A stretch of 64,000 nucleotides of DNA from Terrimicrobiaceae bacterium (GTDB lineage Bacteria; Verrucomicrobiota; Verrucomicrobiia; Chthoniobacterales; Terrimicrobiaceae). Below are positions 20,801 to 30,505 of the stretch, piece after piece; within the stretch, counting starts at the first letter, position 1; every line of letters starts with the position of its first letter. The stretch is taken from positions 64,001-128,000 of the forward strand of contig JBGSVZ010000035.1 of NCBI GenBank assembly GCA_041752695.1. Reading direction: 5' to 3'. The notes under the pieces were generated by a model. That model was not told the DNA's origin and did no database searches. It saw only the letters and a list, made by a program, of their open reading frames with translations. A program made the position numbers and the translations under genes.

Positions 20801-21537
20801 GCGCGATAGGTCTTTCCGGAGACCAGCTTCGTCTGGAGGCCATTAATGCGGGCTCCATGCCAGTCTGCTGAGCGTCCGCTCATAAAACCGGAGAACTGCC
20901 CGCTGCGCTTGTCTGCCGTGCTCGCGGAGATCGTGCCGCCCGCTGCGCTCCACTCGTCGGTAGTGCCTCGCTCGAAGCCGGGGTTTGGCAGCAAATTTTC
21001 AGAGAGGACCAGCTCGGCATCATCGACATAGAGGACCCGTGTGGCATCGGCACAGGAAAAATAGATACTCAATTCCGTGGCTGTCCCATTCGGAGTCCAT
21101 CGAAACTCACCGGAGAGTTGGGTCCACTCGCCCGCCTTGCCGACGGCCGACTGCAACGTGGCAAAGTTGCGACCCGACCCATCGGTCAATGCCGTGACCA
21201 GACTTATCGAAGAATCCGCACCCGGCGAGAGGCGCACCCAGGCCGAAAACCGATAGACATTGCCGGCGGCCACCAATGGAAGTGCATTCACCACGACAGT
21301 TTGCCAATCCGCAGTGCGGTTAAAAACCCGTCCCGAGAAGCTTCCTGTGCGCTTGACGGCCGAGTCCGCAGCCACCGAACTCCCCCACGTTGTCCAGCCA
21401 GAGGTGTTGCCGCTCTCGAAACCACCGTTTGGCAGGAGATTGGTCTGGGCCGAAACTGTAAAGGTTCCGATGAGCAGAGCGAGAAGCGTTATGCCGAGAA
21501 CGTGCGTATCAAGCATCAGGGGATAACATTTTTTCAT
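17839..21537 (-). CDS. Secreted 2x CBM4/9-like + GH39-like hydrolase with Ig-like, InlB-B-repeat-like and C-terminal DPDGDG-containing domains
   Basis: Two NLLPNxGFE modules, WDLWNEPD and PIDVNEY; clear paralog of 12788-15511. The tail reads DPDGDGLSNLLEYAM...LQLTYRR...RFLRLSIT. Confidence 0.75.
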   Translation of the reverse strand: MKKCYPLMLDTHVLGITLLALLIGTFTVSAQTNLLPNGGFESGNTSGWTTWGSSVAADSAVKRTGSFSGRVFNRTADWQTVVVNALPLVAAGNVYRFSAWVRLSPGADSSISLVTALTDGSGRNFATLQSAVGKAGEWTQLSGEFRWTPNGTATELSIYFSCADATRVLYVDDAELVLSENLLPNPGFERGTTDEWSAAGGTISASTADKRSGQFSGFMSGRSADWHGARINGLQTKLVSGKTYRASVWIKPTAGSDITVQLTTYQNNGENETFGPVLQQRVCSPGEWSELSGGFTFVNPGATTEFSLYLWIQDPTRSYYIDDAEIRIDQVSVDLGATGAFVSQKATGFLHGLSDRLPSTSHYEALKPRIHRFPAFLGNPNMLPNTPPGESGQSGFSSPGFMSRLQNAGVKQQVIISDEYMWFGLHNSWGWPGDAAHSGKTPYQLLDEKIDSIVDHALANFPASGGWQIEWDLWNEPDNAEFWGRSQAQFFETWKHAFQRVRAKDPNAVIVGPSIAYFVTSGPTPERAGWLEAFLLYARDNNVLPNIVSWHEMVNPKEIPSQVQYIRDFMAANGIADRPIDVNEYQGPGIDLMQSPGNTIRFLSNLERTNIRHAIRACWNEDPAQTDSTTNGLSPGRLDNIMTTSPLQPRALWHVYHSYSEMTGNIVPVTPGGFLSGLGSVDAAAGKARILIGNDGTQSFTTSVTITNLAQLPDFTTTGNVRVRVREIPFAGLNALGSPTEISNSVMTPVSGTLKIPLSVTSRGAYEITLEAAAPKVTSIIPQAGAGAGQAQYRVIFDRPVTGFDSTADVLISGTGATAAFGSITQESPTSYLVNLINVSGSGSLTLTVAGASIVSVPGVESILVDNFSFENALGGVGTQNANWATSTWAIFPYMTPTLVPTNGTQIGYSNNGGGTLTQVLDAYKLEAGDRVTVRIDFGWPAPATWGGGSVTVSSVNGPNGPVAIGTFLATQPPANGWNTLSIPITVTTPQSGGFLQLVITRASNGVQTVVDNVRAEVVRAAAGLPVVTSAPAPSLFTLQTSAIGNGTVSRSPNSAAYGAGTLVQLSATPDPGYRLANWSGGASGTTNPISLTINAATSVAANFSLNSGIYDGWSIQKLGSIQSPSSDPDGDGLSNLLEYAMALEPTIPDAQNAPSVSVAPNGRLQLTYRRNLQATDLTYSVQGVSDLGAAWLPLVSPSTEDLGTVGNVQTLRATDTVDPGLRRFLRLSITK

Positions 21538-21738
21538 CGATTACAGATGCTATTTGCGGCGAGGGGCATTTTTCGGGGGAACAAATATCGGCGGCGACTT
21601 CGAGCACGACCAATCGTGAGAACGTTTACATTTTTTTTTGATTCTTCAAGTTTAATCGATAACAAGCATGAGGACACGCAGGGCCAGCAGGCATCCACCC
21701 AGCCATGGAAAAGTCAAAAACTCGGCAGTCTCGGAGCC

Positions 21739-22743
21739 TCAACGCCCCACCGCGAAGACAACGAAAGCTAGGACACAAAGTGCCACGCCGGAGATCATGA
21801 AGCGGCGGGCGCGCGCAGGGGCGGTCCTCCATTCGTCGGTGGCGAAGCCCCAAAGCACTGAGACAACGATGGCGAAGCCCGAGTAAAAGGCCCAACCGAA
21901 AACTGCGCCGGAAGCACCGAGGCGCAGGGAGAAAATGCCGTAACTCATGAGCGCAAGAAACCAAATGGTGCCCATAGCAAGACCGCGCAGCCAGTCGCTG
22001 ATCGGTGCCTTGCGATAGCGGGATGTTTCTCCAGAGCGGATCATGCGAAAAACCGATGAGCCAGCATTGATAAGGAATCCACCGAAGAGTGCGGGGACCC
22101 ACACGACTAGGGTCGTGAATGCGGAGTGGATGCCAGCGGTTTCTGCCTGCTGGATCAAGCCGGTCCCTGAAGCGAAGGAAAAATTGATCATTGCGGAGAA
22201 TCCGCCAGATAGCAGGCTCAATATGATTCCCAGAATGGCATTCCCGCTTTTCGGTGCACCACTTTGCGTATGGCTTCCTCGCAGCTGGGAGGCCACTCCG
22301 CAGATGGCAATGCCAGCACACAAAATCGCCAAACCGATGGCCAGAGGAAGCGCCTCACCCGGCTTGAGTTTTCCGGTGCCAAGGATAAGTGGAGCAGCGG
22401 CCCCCACGCAGGCCACCGTGCCACAGACCAGTGTGTTGGCCACGGCAAATCCAGAGTTGGCGATAGCCAAGCCAAAAAGCAGTGCGCCCACGCCCCACAG
22501 AATTCCGAACCCGGCGACAGTTGCAACCTCCGATGGCGGTGCGCTGGAGAGCACCTCGAAGATGCCGGGAGCTAAGATGACCGCGATGCCGATTGGCAGG
22601 ATGCACAACGCCGCCAGCGAGAAATTCAACCACGTCTGATTCCAACTCAACTCACGCACTTTGTTTGACGGGATGGCGAAGGAGCCTGCGAAAAAACCGG
22701 CCATTAAAAGGCCAGCCCACGCGAGGAGTGTAGAGGTAGTCAT
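21739..22743 (-). CDS. L-rhamnose/proton symporter (RhaT)-like transporter
   Basis: GSFAIPSNKVRELSWNQTW, FGILWGVG and about 10 hydrophobic helices. Confidence 0.8.
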   Translation of the reverse strand: MTTSTLLAWAGLLMAGFFAGSFAIPSNKVRELSWNQTWLNFSLAALCILPIGIAVILAPGIFEVLSSAPPSEVATVAGFGILWGVGALLFGLAIANSGFAVANTLVCGTVACVGAAAPLILGTGKLKPGEALPLAIGLAILCAGIAICGVASQLRGSHTQSGAPKSGNAILGIILSLLSGGFSAMINFSFASGTGLIQQAETAGIHSAFTTLVVWVPALFGGFLINAGSSVFRMIRSGETSRYRKAPISDWLRGLAMGTIWFLALMSYGIFSLRLGASGAVFGWAFYSGFAIVVSVLWGFATDEWRTAPARARRFMISGVALCVLAFVVFAVGR

Positions 22744-22747
22744 AAAG

Positions 22748-24145
22748 TTAGATCGTGAAAATTTCCCAACGCATCAGGCTTGCGAGCGAGCGGAGCCGGC
22801 CGGCCTGATGGCCTCGCGCGGTGGCAGCGTGATGCACCGGACCGGCCTCAATCCACTGACGATATCCCTCATGGAGTGTGGTATGGGAAAATTGGAAGAA
22901 TCCGGTGATGGCACCGGTATCCGGAAGCGGCTCCTCAAGGATTTCGCCTTCCATGGCAATCAGTCGAAATCCGTTATGCCCGATGGGAGTGAGACTGACC
23001 ACTGTGGCCGGGCCGGGCGCGATGGGATACGCGAAGGAGGCACCCCGCCCATGCAATCCTCGAAAATTGGCGTTTCCCAATAGACGCACCGGACTCCCGG
23101 GTGCCCGCAGCCCATCCGCCGCTTCGCCGGAATTTGCGAGCACAATCGCGCGACGGACCTCGTCGAGCACCTGGACCTCGGTGTAGAGCGCGTCACCGGC
23201 AAGTTCAGCCAGGAGGCGCAATGCCATCGCGGTGGGTAGGTCGCCAACTTCCGAACACGGGATGCCCATCGCGTGGAGACGGCTGATCGCGTAAGTGGCG
23301 GTGAGGCCGATCTCAGGATTACGGAGGCAGTTCACCCCATGGCTGTTGATACTCGCACAGGTCGGTTGCGAATTGCCAAGAAGGGACTTCACGGCCAGCC
23401 AGATCCTCGCTGAGCGCAGCATTTCCTCTTCGGTGATTTCACCGAGAGAGAAATCTCTCTGCATAGAGGCCACCACACTTTGAGTTTCGTCGTCCGACAC
23501 CCCGAGATAGGCCCGAGTAAGATCATCAGCGGAGTGTTTGACGATACGCAACCCGAGCGTGGTCGCATGCGCCTCAGGCAACAGCACATCGGTCATGTCA
23601 GGAAACGGCTCGCCGATCTGCAGCACGCTCCCGCCAGTTAAGGCGCGGCGGGCACGGGCAACTGCAAAGAAGTATTCGAGGCCGGAGGCTGTCTGCGGAG
23701 CCATGCGCGAAGCGCAGAGCACGCGGAATTCGCGGTGACGCCGCGCCAGCACATTGGCCAGTGCCTGAACGCCGATCTGGCCGGTGTTGCGCACGATTTC
23801 GACCATAGAATACCCGGCGTCCACCGTATCGATTTCCTGGCAATGCCAGAGCAGGACAGGAGCATCGAGTTCGCAGATGGCGGCATCGGACAATCCCGAA
23901 AATACCGCGATTACCGTGAGAGCCACCACGCAATCCACACCATCCTTTTGCATGGCCGCACCGGCCGCAGACGCCGCTTCCCGGTTCATCAGCGGATCAA
24001 TCGGCCCAATCACCTCGCCATACTTCGCAAGGATCTCACGACATTCACGGATCTGAGCCCGTTTGCGGGGGGCAAAATCCGCGGAGATTGCCTCGTAATA
24101 ATCGACGTAAAAGGGCAGGAAGCCGATTCGCAGCGGAGGTTTCAC
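22748..24145 (-). CDS. L-fucose/L-arabinose isomerase-superfamily protein
   Basis: GIPCSEVGD, C-terminal GPATVVSL and GPVHH motifs. Confidence 0.75.
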   Translation of the reverse strand: MKPPLRIGFLPFYVDYYEAISADFAPRKRAQIRECREILAKYGEVIGPIDPLMNREAASAAGAAMQKDGVDCVVALTVIAVFSGLSDAAICELDAPVLLWHCQEIDTVDAGYSMVEIVRNTGQIGVQALANVLARRHREFRVLCASRMAPQTASGLEYFFAVARARRALTGGSVLQIGEPFPDMTDVLLPEAHATTLGLRIVKHSADDLTRAYLGVSDDETQSVVASMQRDFSLGEITEEEMLRSARIWLAVKSLLGNSQPTCASINSHGVNCLRNPEIGLTATYAISRLHAMGIPCSEVGDLPTAMALRLLAELAGDALYTEVQVLDEVRRAIVLANSGEAADGLRAPGSPVRLLGNANFRGLHGRGASFAYPIAPGPATVVSLTPIGHNGFRLIAMEGEILEEPLPDTGAITGFFQFSHTTLHEGYRQWIEAGPVHHAATARGHQAGRLRSLASLMRWEIFTI

Positions 24146-25056
24146 AGGGCCGATTTCACGGGCTTGAGGGCCCCGCGCAACACATCGCGCAGCAACACGG
24201 TTTCACTCAGATTGTCCACGCGGTTGCAATCCCACTTATCCATCCAGACATATTCGAGACAAATCCAGCCGGTATATTTGAGCCCCCGCAGTGCCGCGAC
24301 CATCCGGGGAAAATCGATGGTATTCTCCGCAGCGACGACTTGAATTTTGCCTTTGCAACTGCCCCGTGCATGGACGTGACCAGCGTGCGGCAAAAGAGGT
24401 TCTATGGCATCAGCCGAGAGGCCTTGATTGGCAAAATGCCCGTAGTCTAGGGTGAGGCGAAGGCCCGGAACCTGTTTGATGAGCTCAAGCACCTGCGCGG
24501 GCTTTGCCACGATTGAGCCGGTGTGCGCCTCAATGGAAAACGGCAACCCCGCCGCCGCTGCCCGGTCCTCCCGCCAGGCCATTTCCTCCACGCAGCGAGC
24601 GGCAGAATCGCGTCGGCTCTCGGTCGGCCAATGCACTCCCGGCAAGGCAGAAAAATGTTCCGCACCGCAGGCTTGGGCAAAGGCCAGAGAGCGTTCGAAA
24701 AGGTCACGAGCCTTGCGGCGCACAGACGCGTCAGGGTGGTTAGGGGCCAGGTCCTCGACCGTAGAACCCGGAATCAGAAACAAATCCGCAATCGCCAGGC
24801 CGCGCTCCGCACACCGAGCCTGAAGCTTTCTCGCGGAAGCGGTCGGATTTCTTAACGCAGTGGAGGGTTGCACATGGCTTCTTCCCTCAAAAAACCCGAC
24901 ATCAACCCCCGAAAAGCCGAGGGCCGCAATCAAGTCCAGCGAGGTCTCATGCGAAACCAGTGGAAATGTGAAATCCGCACAAGCGAGCCTGATACCTGCA
25001 TTTCGTTTTGATTTCCGGGAGCGGGATTCTTGCAGCACAAACAACGTCTTATGCAA
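24142..25056 (-). CDS. Sugar phosphate isomerase/epimerase (xylose-isomerase-like TIM barrel)
   Basis: Metal ligands IEAH, LDYGH, HVHAR and ICLEY. The start codon is uncertain. Confidence 0.8.
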   Translation of the reverse strand: MHKTLFVLQESRSRKSKRNAGIRLACADFTFPLVSHETSLDLIAALGFSGVDVGFFEGRSHVQPSTALRNPTASARKLQARCAERGLAIADLFLIPGSTVEDLAPNHPDASVRRKARDLFERSLAFAQACGAEHFSALPGVHWPTESRRDSAARCVEEMAWREDRAAAAGLPFSIEAHTGSIVAKPAQVLELIKQVPGLRLTLDYGHFANQGLSADAIEPLLPHAGHVHARGSCKGKIQVVAAENTIDFPRMVAALRGLKYTGWICLEYVWMDKWDCNRVDNLSETVLLRDVLRGALKPVKSAL

Positions 25057-25142
25057 TATATTAACTTTCGTGCAAGTCGAAGTTCATAGTTTTTTCAGAT
25101 TCACCCACGGCGTCTGCCAACGAATAGACCGTCGTTCCAGCC

Positions 25143-26003
25143 TCAACGTTGCCGGGATTCGTAGAGTCGGCGGTAGGCACTGGGTGTCATTTTTCGCTCG
25201 GCAAGGAAGCGCCGATTAAAACTCGCGAGATTTCGAAATCCACTCGCAAAGGCGATTTCCGTGATGGGCAGATCGCCATCGGCCAGGAGCCGACAGGCTG
25301 CATGGATTCGGATGCGCGTGCGATAAGCTTCCAACGTCGTTCCCACCGTGCGCCGAAAAAATCGGGAGAACGCCCCCGGACTCAACCCAAACCTCTTCGC
25401 GAGATCTGGTAGCGGCATATCATCTGCATGATGGCTGACGATGTAAGAAGTGATAGCTTCTGCGCGGGTGGAGAGCCTGGCAGAGCGACCGTGCCAATAC
25501 GTCGGAGATGCCAATGACCGCCCGACCGTGTTGGCGAGTTGATCCAAAATTCGTACGAGTTCCAGCCATCGCCCCAGGCCGCTTGCATTCGCGAGCGACC
25601 CGATGGCGGGGCCGAGCCGGTCGCTCGTCTCGCGTGGAAATGCGACTCCGCAAGCGGATCGGTCGAGCAGCGTGGCAATCGCTGCAAATTCCGGCAACGC
25701 GCGAAAATGCAGCGGAATCTTCTCGGGCCGAAATTGAATGACGGTCGCGTTATTCACGGCACTGATGCTTGTGTCCGAAAACCACGTGTGCGGTAGGTTG
25801 GGCCCAACGAACACCAAATCTCCCGCGGCGTAGGGTTCGGACTGGTCGCCCACCAGCCGGGTTCCCACTCCGCTGGTGATATGTGTCAGTTCAAACTCAG
25901 GGTGGTAGTGCCAATTCCAGAGGAATTGCTTTTCTTTTCGGTGATAGGCTGAGACGGAATGAGCACCCTCGACGGATCGAGGGGATTCGAAAGCGGGCTT
26001 CAT
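25143..26003 (-). CDS. AraC-family transcriptional regulator (cupin + HTH)
   Basis: WHYHPEFEL, GPNLPHTW and ITEIAFASGFRNLASFNRRF. Confidence 0.92.
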   Translation of the reverse strand: MKPAFESPRSVEGAHSVSAYHRKEKQFLWNWHYHPEFELTHITSGVGTRLVGDQSEPYAAGDLVFVGPNLPHTWFSDTSISAVNNATVIQFRPEKIPLHFRALPEFAAIATLLDRSACGVAFPRETSDRLGPAIGSLANASGLGRWLELVRILDQLANTVGRSLASPTYWHGRSARLSTRAEAITSYIVSHHADDMPLPDLAKRFGLSPGAFSRFFRRTVGTTLEAYRTRIRIHAACRLLADGDLPITEIAFASGFRNLASFNRRFLAERKMTPSAYRRLYESRQR

Positions 26004-26110
26004 AGACTTAAAGTATCATTTTCGACAGGAAACATCATCAAAGTACCAGCAATTGGTTTTCCAAGCTGAGCACCAAGCGCGTGTTTGTGTAAGATTCTGA
26101 TCTATCCAAT

Positions 26111-27544
26111 ATGAATTCATTTCCAGCAACGCACCGTGGACTTCCGCCTTTGGTCGGCCTCGCCGATTTTGAAATCGCCTCCCAACCCGGGCTATCCGTC
26201 GAGACCGCCGTGGGCCGGCTTAAGCGATTTCACTACTCGCTGTTGCGCCTGCACGAAATCCTGGTTGCTCGCCTCACCGCAGAACCCATTTACGAACTAA
26301 AAATGGCGTTCAGTTACCACGCGCATCTTTGCGCGGAGAACGACACCAGTTTCCGCACTCGGGTCGGCGAAATGCGCGAGCCCCCTTTGGGCCTCGAAAA
26401 GATGCCCCATCCTGCGCTTGGAGTATTTTTCGATGAGATCCTCGCTGCACCCTCCACCGCAGACTTGGTTCTCGGTCTTTACCATCGCGCTTTTCCATTG
26501 CTCCAGACGGGGCTCCGACACTATTTCGAGGAATCCCATCCGCTAGCGGACGCACCATCGCGGCGACTCTGCCGCTTAGCCCTTTTGGACATCGACGACA
26601 TTTGCGCTTACGGCGAAAAGGCTGTTGCCTGCCTCGTCAAGACGGATGATCGCGTGGCGCACGAGCAGTGGCTGACACTTCTTGACGTTTGTCTGGCACA
26701 GGCTGGGGGCCTGGATGGAAGCACAAGTGTTTCTGAGGGCGCGTCTGAGCCGACTCGGTATTTTTCCTCGAAAGGGTTTATTTTCGACGGTGAGCCACGG
26801 CGGGACGAGCGTTTTCCTGATCCCTACAACATGGGTGTCAATGGCGAGGAGTTTATTTACGACGACGCGATGCCCGACGACGCCAAGGTGCTCATAATGT
26901 ATTACAAACGCCTGCGCGAAATCGACGTCCCCGAGATGATGGCGAGCATCATCACCGAAACCAATGGAAAACCCTGGGGCTACACTCGTGATATGACTCG
27001 TCAACTGTGGGACGAGGCTCGACACGCAATGATGGGCGAGGTCGGGTTCGCTTCCTTGGGACTGGATTGGCCGAGCCTGGTCATGATCAATTCCACGTGG
27101 TCAAGAGCATTGAATCTTCAACTCGAACCCCGGGAACGTCACGCCGTTCTTTACTACATTGAACAAGGTCTTATGCCCCGAACGGGAAAACGTCACGAGT
27201 GGGAAGTGAGCCAACGCGCGGGTGACCCGCTCGCCGCTACGTTCCAAGATTTCGACTGGGCCGACGAAGTCCTTCATGCGCGAATCGGTCGAGATTGGTA
27301 TGTGAAAGACATGCCATCAGCGCAAGAGGCCGTTAAATATGGCGACGAATGCTGGACAAAAGTGCTCATCGGTTGGAAAAAATGGAAGGACGATGGGCTT
27401 ACCCAGCACCGAAATTGGTGGCCGGATGCCTACAAAGCGTTTTGTCGCCTCCGCGGCGTGGAAGTGGATCCTCTTGCTCTCGCCTACGCCACCTCCTACG
27501 AATTCAAGCGAGCCGATCTCAAGGGGATACCCGCATCGGACTGA
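26111..27544 (+). CDS. Ferritin-like (DUF455-like) di-iron carboxylate protein
   Basis: Di-iron ligand pattern REIDVPE ... WDEARH ... IEQG ... WADEVLH in the C-terminal half, with a helical N-terminal half. Confidence 0.65.
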   Translation: MNSFPATHRGLPPLVGLADFEIASQPGLSVETAVGRLKRFHYSLLRLHEILVARLTAEPIYELKMAFSYHAHLCAENDTSFRTRVGEMREPPLGLEKMPHPALGVFFDEILAAPSTADLVLGLYHRAFPLLQTGLRHYFEESHPLADAPSRRLCRLALLDIDDICAYGEKAVACLVKTDDRVAHEQWLTLLDVCLAQAGGLDGSTSVSEGASEPTRYFSSKGFIFDGEPRRDERFPDPYNMGVNGEEFIYDDAMPDDAKVLIMYYKRLREIDVPEMMASIITETNGKPWGYTRDMTRQLWDEARHAMMGEVGFASLGLDWPSLVMINSTWSRALNLQLEPRERHAVLYYIEQGLMPRTGKRHEWEVSQRAGDPLAATFQDFDWADEVLHARIGRDWYVKDMPSAQEAVKYGDECWTKVLIGWKKWKDDGLTQHRNWWPDAYKAFCRLRGVEVDPLALAYATSYEFKRADLKGIPASD

Positions 27545-27734
27545 CATTGCTCGCGGTTGCGCGTCCAACGCATGTTTTCGTTACCACTAATGCAAACAAG
27601 ACGTCGCCATGCCCGGGTGCCGCTTTTAGCCCCCAAAAACCCGAAGGAAGCACCCTTTCGCTCGTTGTAGTCACCGAGCTTCGCTACCATGCTGAATTTC
27701 TACGAATGAGTCGAAAATTTTGCATTCCTTCATC

Positions 27735-29174
27735 ATGGTGAGCGCGCAACCTTTTAAGGCAGGCACCGCCCGCACGGACATCACACCGGAACTCGGGCTC
27801 AGACTCACTGGTTATGCTGTGCGTGAGGGAACACCCCTAGCCGTTGATGAACCTCTCTCACTTACAGTGCTCGCATTAAGTGAAGGCGAGCAGACGATCC
27901 TGATTGTCGCTGCGGACCTCTGTTTGATCGATGTGCCGTGCGCGTTGGAACTTCGCCGCTTGTGTGCCGATGCGGCTGGCATCGCCTGTTCTCACGTCCT
28001 GCTTAATGTGAATCACAGCCACTCGGCACCGGGAATCGGGACCTACGTGGAATTTGAGCCCTTGGACCAGCAAAAATTGCGAGCCGCCTATTGGCACAAG
28101 CTTCAGCTCTCAGCGGTGGATGCAACCCGGCGAGCGGTTTTGGCTTTGGAACCCGCCCGGGTTGCCGTCGGTTGGGGCGAGTGTCGCGGGAACATCAATC
28201 GCCGCCAGAAAAGCACTGATGGCACAGTGCTGTTGGGCGAGGATCCGGCGGGGGCTTGCGATTCGAGCGTCGGTGTGATCCGCGTGGATTCCATGAACGG
28301 TCGTCCGCTCGCCGTGGCATTCCGCTACTCGTGCCATACGGTCACTCTGGGGCCGAAAACCAACCGTGTTTCCCCCGACTTCGCGGGACCGGCTCGGCGC
28401 GTGGTTGAGTCTGCGCTGGGCTGTCCCTCGCTGTTCCTGCAAGGCTGCGCCGGAAACATTAACCCTGCTACCGGCATCGGGCAGGATGCCGACGATTCGC
28501 CCTGCGTGAACGAGGATAAAGACCGTCTTGGCCACATGCTGGGAGGCGAGGTGCTCAAAGTCGCGCAGACCCTGCGCACCCACCGCCGCCGCTGCGACCC
28601 CGTGTTGGTCGAATCCGTCGGACGCTATTGGTTATACGGCTACGAGCCCGTTCCACCCATCCTGCAGGGGCCGCTTGCGGCATGCGAAACACAGCTGACG
28701 CTTCCGCTCACCCCGTTTCCTGCGCTCCCCGAAGTCGAGGCCGAGCGAGCGGAATGGGCCGCGAAATTACAGGCTGGCCGAAAGCGGGAAGCCCGCGGGT
28801 GGAATGTGAACCCCCTCCTCCGCTTCGACTACTGGGCGCAAAAACGCCTTGATGCCGCGCGCCACACGACGGATCCGGTCACCATCAGCTTTCCGCTTCA
28901 AGCCCTGCGAATTGGCAGTCTGAAAATCCTGGCCATCCCCTTCGAGGCGATGGCTGAAACCGGCATCGCTCTCCGGAACGCGCTCGGACCGGACACCTTT
29001 GTACTCGGCTTCAGCAATGGCATCGTTTCCTACCTTCCCACGCCGGAGATCAGCTCGGAGGGCGGCATGGAAGCAAAGCTGGGCTACAAAGCCTACCTGG
29101 TGCCATCCGAAGTTCCGGGCACATGGGAACCCGTCATCCGCGAAAGCCTTGCCTCATTACCCCTCTCACTCTGA
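27735..29174 (+). CDS. Neutral/alkaline ceramidase-like amidohydrolase/deacylase
   Basis: GTARTDITP, NHSHSAP, NINRR, YSCHTV and FLQGCAGNINP motifs. Confidence 0.8.
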   Translation: MVSAQPFKAGTARTDITPELGLRLTGYAVREGTPLAVDEPLSLTVLALSEGEQTILIVAADLCLIDVPCALELRRLCADAAGIACSHVLLNVNHSHSAPGIGTYVEFEPLDQQKLRAAYWHKLQLSAVDATRRAVLALEPARVAVGWGECRGNINRRQKSTDGTVLLGEDPAGACDSSVGVIRVDSMNGRPLAVAFRYSCHTVTLGPKTNRVSPDFAGPARRVVESALGCPSLFLQGCAGNINPATGIGQDADDSPCVNEDKDRLGHMLGGEVLKVAQTLRTHRRRCDPVLVESVGRYWLYGYEPVPPILQGPLAACETQLTLPLTPFPALPEVEAERAEWAAKLQAGRKREARGWNVNPLLRFDYWAQKRLDAARHTTDPVTISFPLQALRIGSLKILAIPFEAMAETGIALRNALGPDTFVLGFSNGIVSYLPTPEISSEGGMEAKLGYKAYLVPSEVPGTWEPVIRESLASLPLSL

Positions 29175-29324
29175 CAGAAACTTCCCCTTTGCTCCGAGGG
29201 CAGCACAACAAAGCGGAAGCCCTTCATTGGATCGCAAGAAGATCGCTGTCAGCCCCCGGAATGCTGGATTTTGCCCCCAATCCGGATTTGAGAATGAGTT
29301 TCGGGCGGGAAAATCTACTCTATC

Positions 29325-30458
29325 ATGCCTGAGACTCTCGCTGCTCCCGTCACTGATTCTAAATTTAGATCTACCCTGCGCGCCCCGAACAGGGGAATTT
29401 GCTGTGCTCTGATCGGCGCGGGTTGGTGGGGAACGAGTGCGCACATGCCTGCCCTTCTCAAGCACCCAGGCGCGGATTTGGTGGCTGTGCATGACCGCAG
29501 TCGCGAGAAAGCGGAAAAGGTGTCAGCGGATTTTGGTGTGCCGATGGCCTGCGCGACCCTTGATGAGGTTCTTGCCATTCCGGGCTTGGAGGCGGTGATC
29601 ATTGCCACTACCCCGAACGTGCATTTTGACCAAGCCCGAGCCGCACTGGAGGCAGGCATGCATGTGCTGGTCGAGAAACCCATCACTCTGACTCTTGCCG
29701 AGGCCAGGGTGCTTGAGGAGCTGGCAAACGAAAAAGGGCTTGTGCTCGCCGTTGCCTGCCCATGGCATTTTACCGCTCATGGCAAAGCTGCGCGGGAACT
29801 CGTCCGTTCCGGCTGCCTCGGAGAGATGAAGATGATCAGCGTGCTGATGACCAATTTCACGCTGGGTCTCTATCAGGGAAAGGCTTGGGATCATGCCTTC
29901 GAGCAAAATCCCGAACTACAAAAGTCGGCCGAGGTGTATGTGCCACCCGCCACAAACTCCTACAGCGATCCCTCGATCTCGGGCGGAGGCCAGATTTATT
30001 GTCAGGTTTCCCACGCGGCCGCGTATTTGAGTTATCTCACCGGGCGGCAACCCGCCGAGGTCTTTGCGCGTTTCGACAATGCGGGCATGGCGGTGGATAT
30101 CTACGATTCTCTTTCCATCAAACTTGATGATGGCACGTTAGTCTCGATGGCGAGCCATGGGGCGACGATGCTCACTGAGCGGCACTACGAGGTTCGCGTG
30201 TATGGCACCGAGGGCATGATTTTGCTCGATCTTTGGAAAGGGAAAATGGAATTTCACGCGCGCGATTGCCAGATCACCCGCTACCCGGACCTCTCCGAAG
30301 AAGAAATCTACCCGCTCTTCGCGCCCACCGAAAACTTTATTGACGCGATCTTGGGCAATGCCCCCAATGTTTCGCCGGGCGACATTGGCGTTTTCAGCAT
30401 GCAGATCATCGAAGCCGCCGTGGCGTCCGCAGCCTCTGGACGCAACATCGTTCTTTAA
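29325..30458 (+). CDS. Gfo/Idh/MocA family oxidoreductase
   Basis: IGAGWWG Rossmann motif, ATTPNVH and HVLVEKP. Confidence 0.9.
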   Translation: MPETLAAPVTDSKFRSTLRAPNRGICCALIGAGWWGTSAHMPALLKHPGADLVAVHDRSREKAEKVSADFGVPMACATLDEVLAIPGLEAVIIATTPNVHFDQARAALEAGMHVLVEKPITLTLAEARVLEELANEKGLVLAVACPWHFTAHGKAARELVRSGCLGEMKMISVLMTNFTLGLYQGKAWDHAFEQNPELQKSAEVYVPPATNSYSDPSISGGGQIYCQVSHAAAYLSYLTGRQPAEVFARFDNAGMAVDIYDSLSIKLDDGTLVSMASHGATMLTERHYEVRVYGTEGMILLDLWKGKMEFHARDCQITRYPDLSEEEIYPLFAPTENFIDAILGNAPNVSPGDIGVFSMQIIEAAVASAASGRNIVL

Positions 30459-30505
30459 GGTTTCGGCGCGACAATCAGGGCTTCCTGAAGAAAGTCTATG
30501 GAGAC

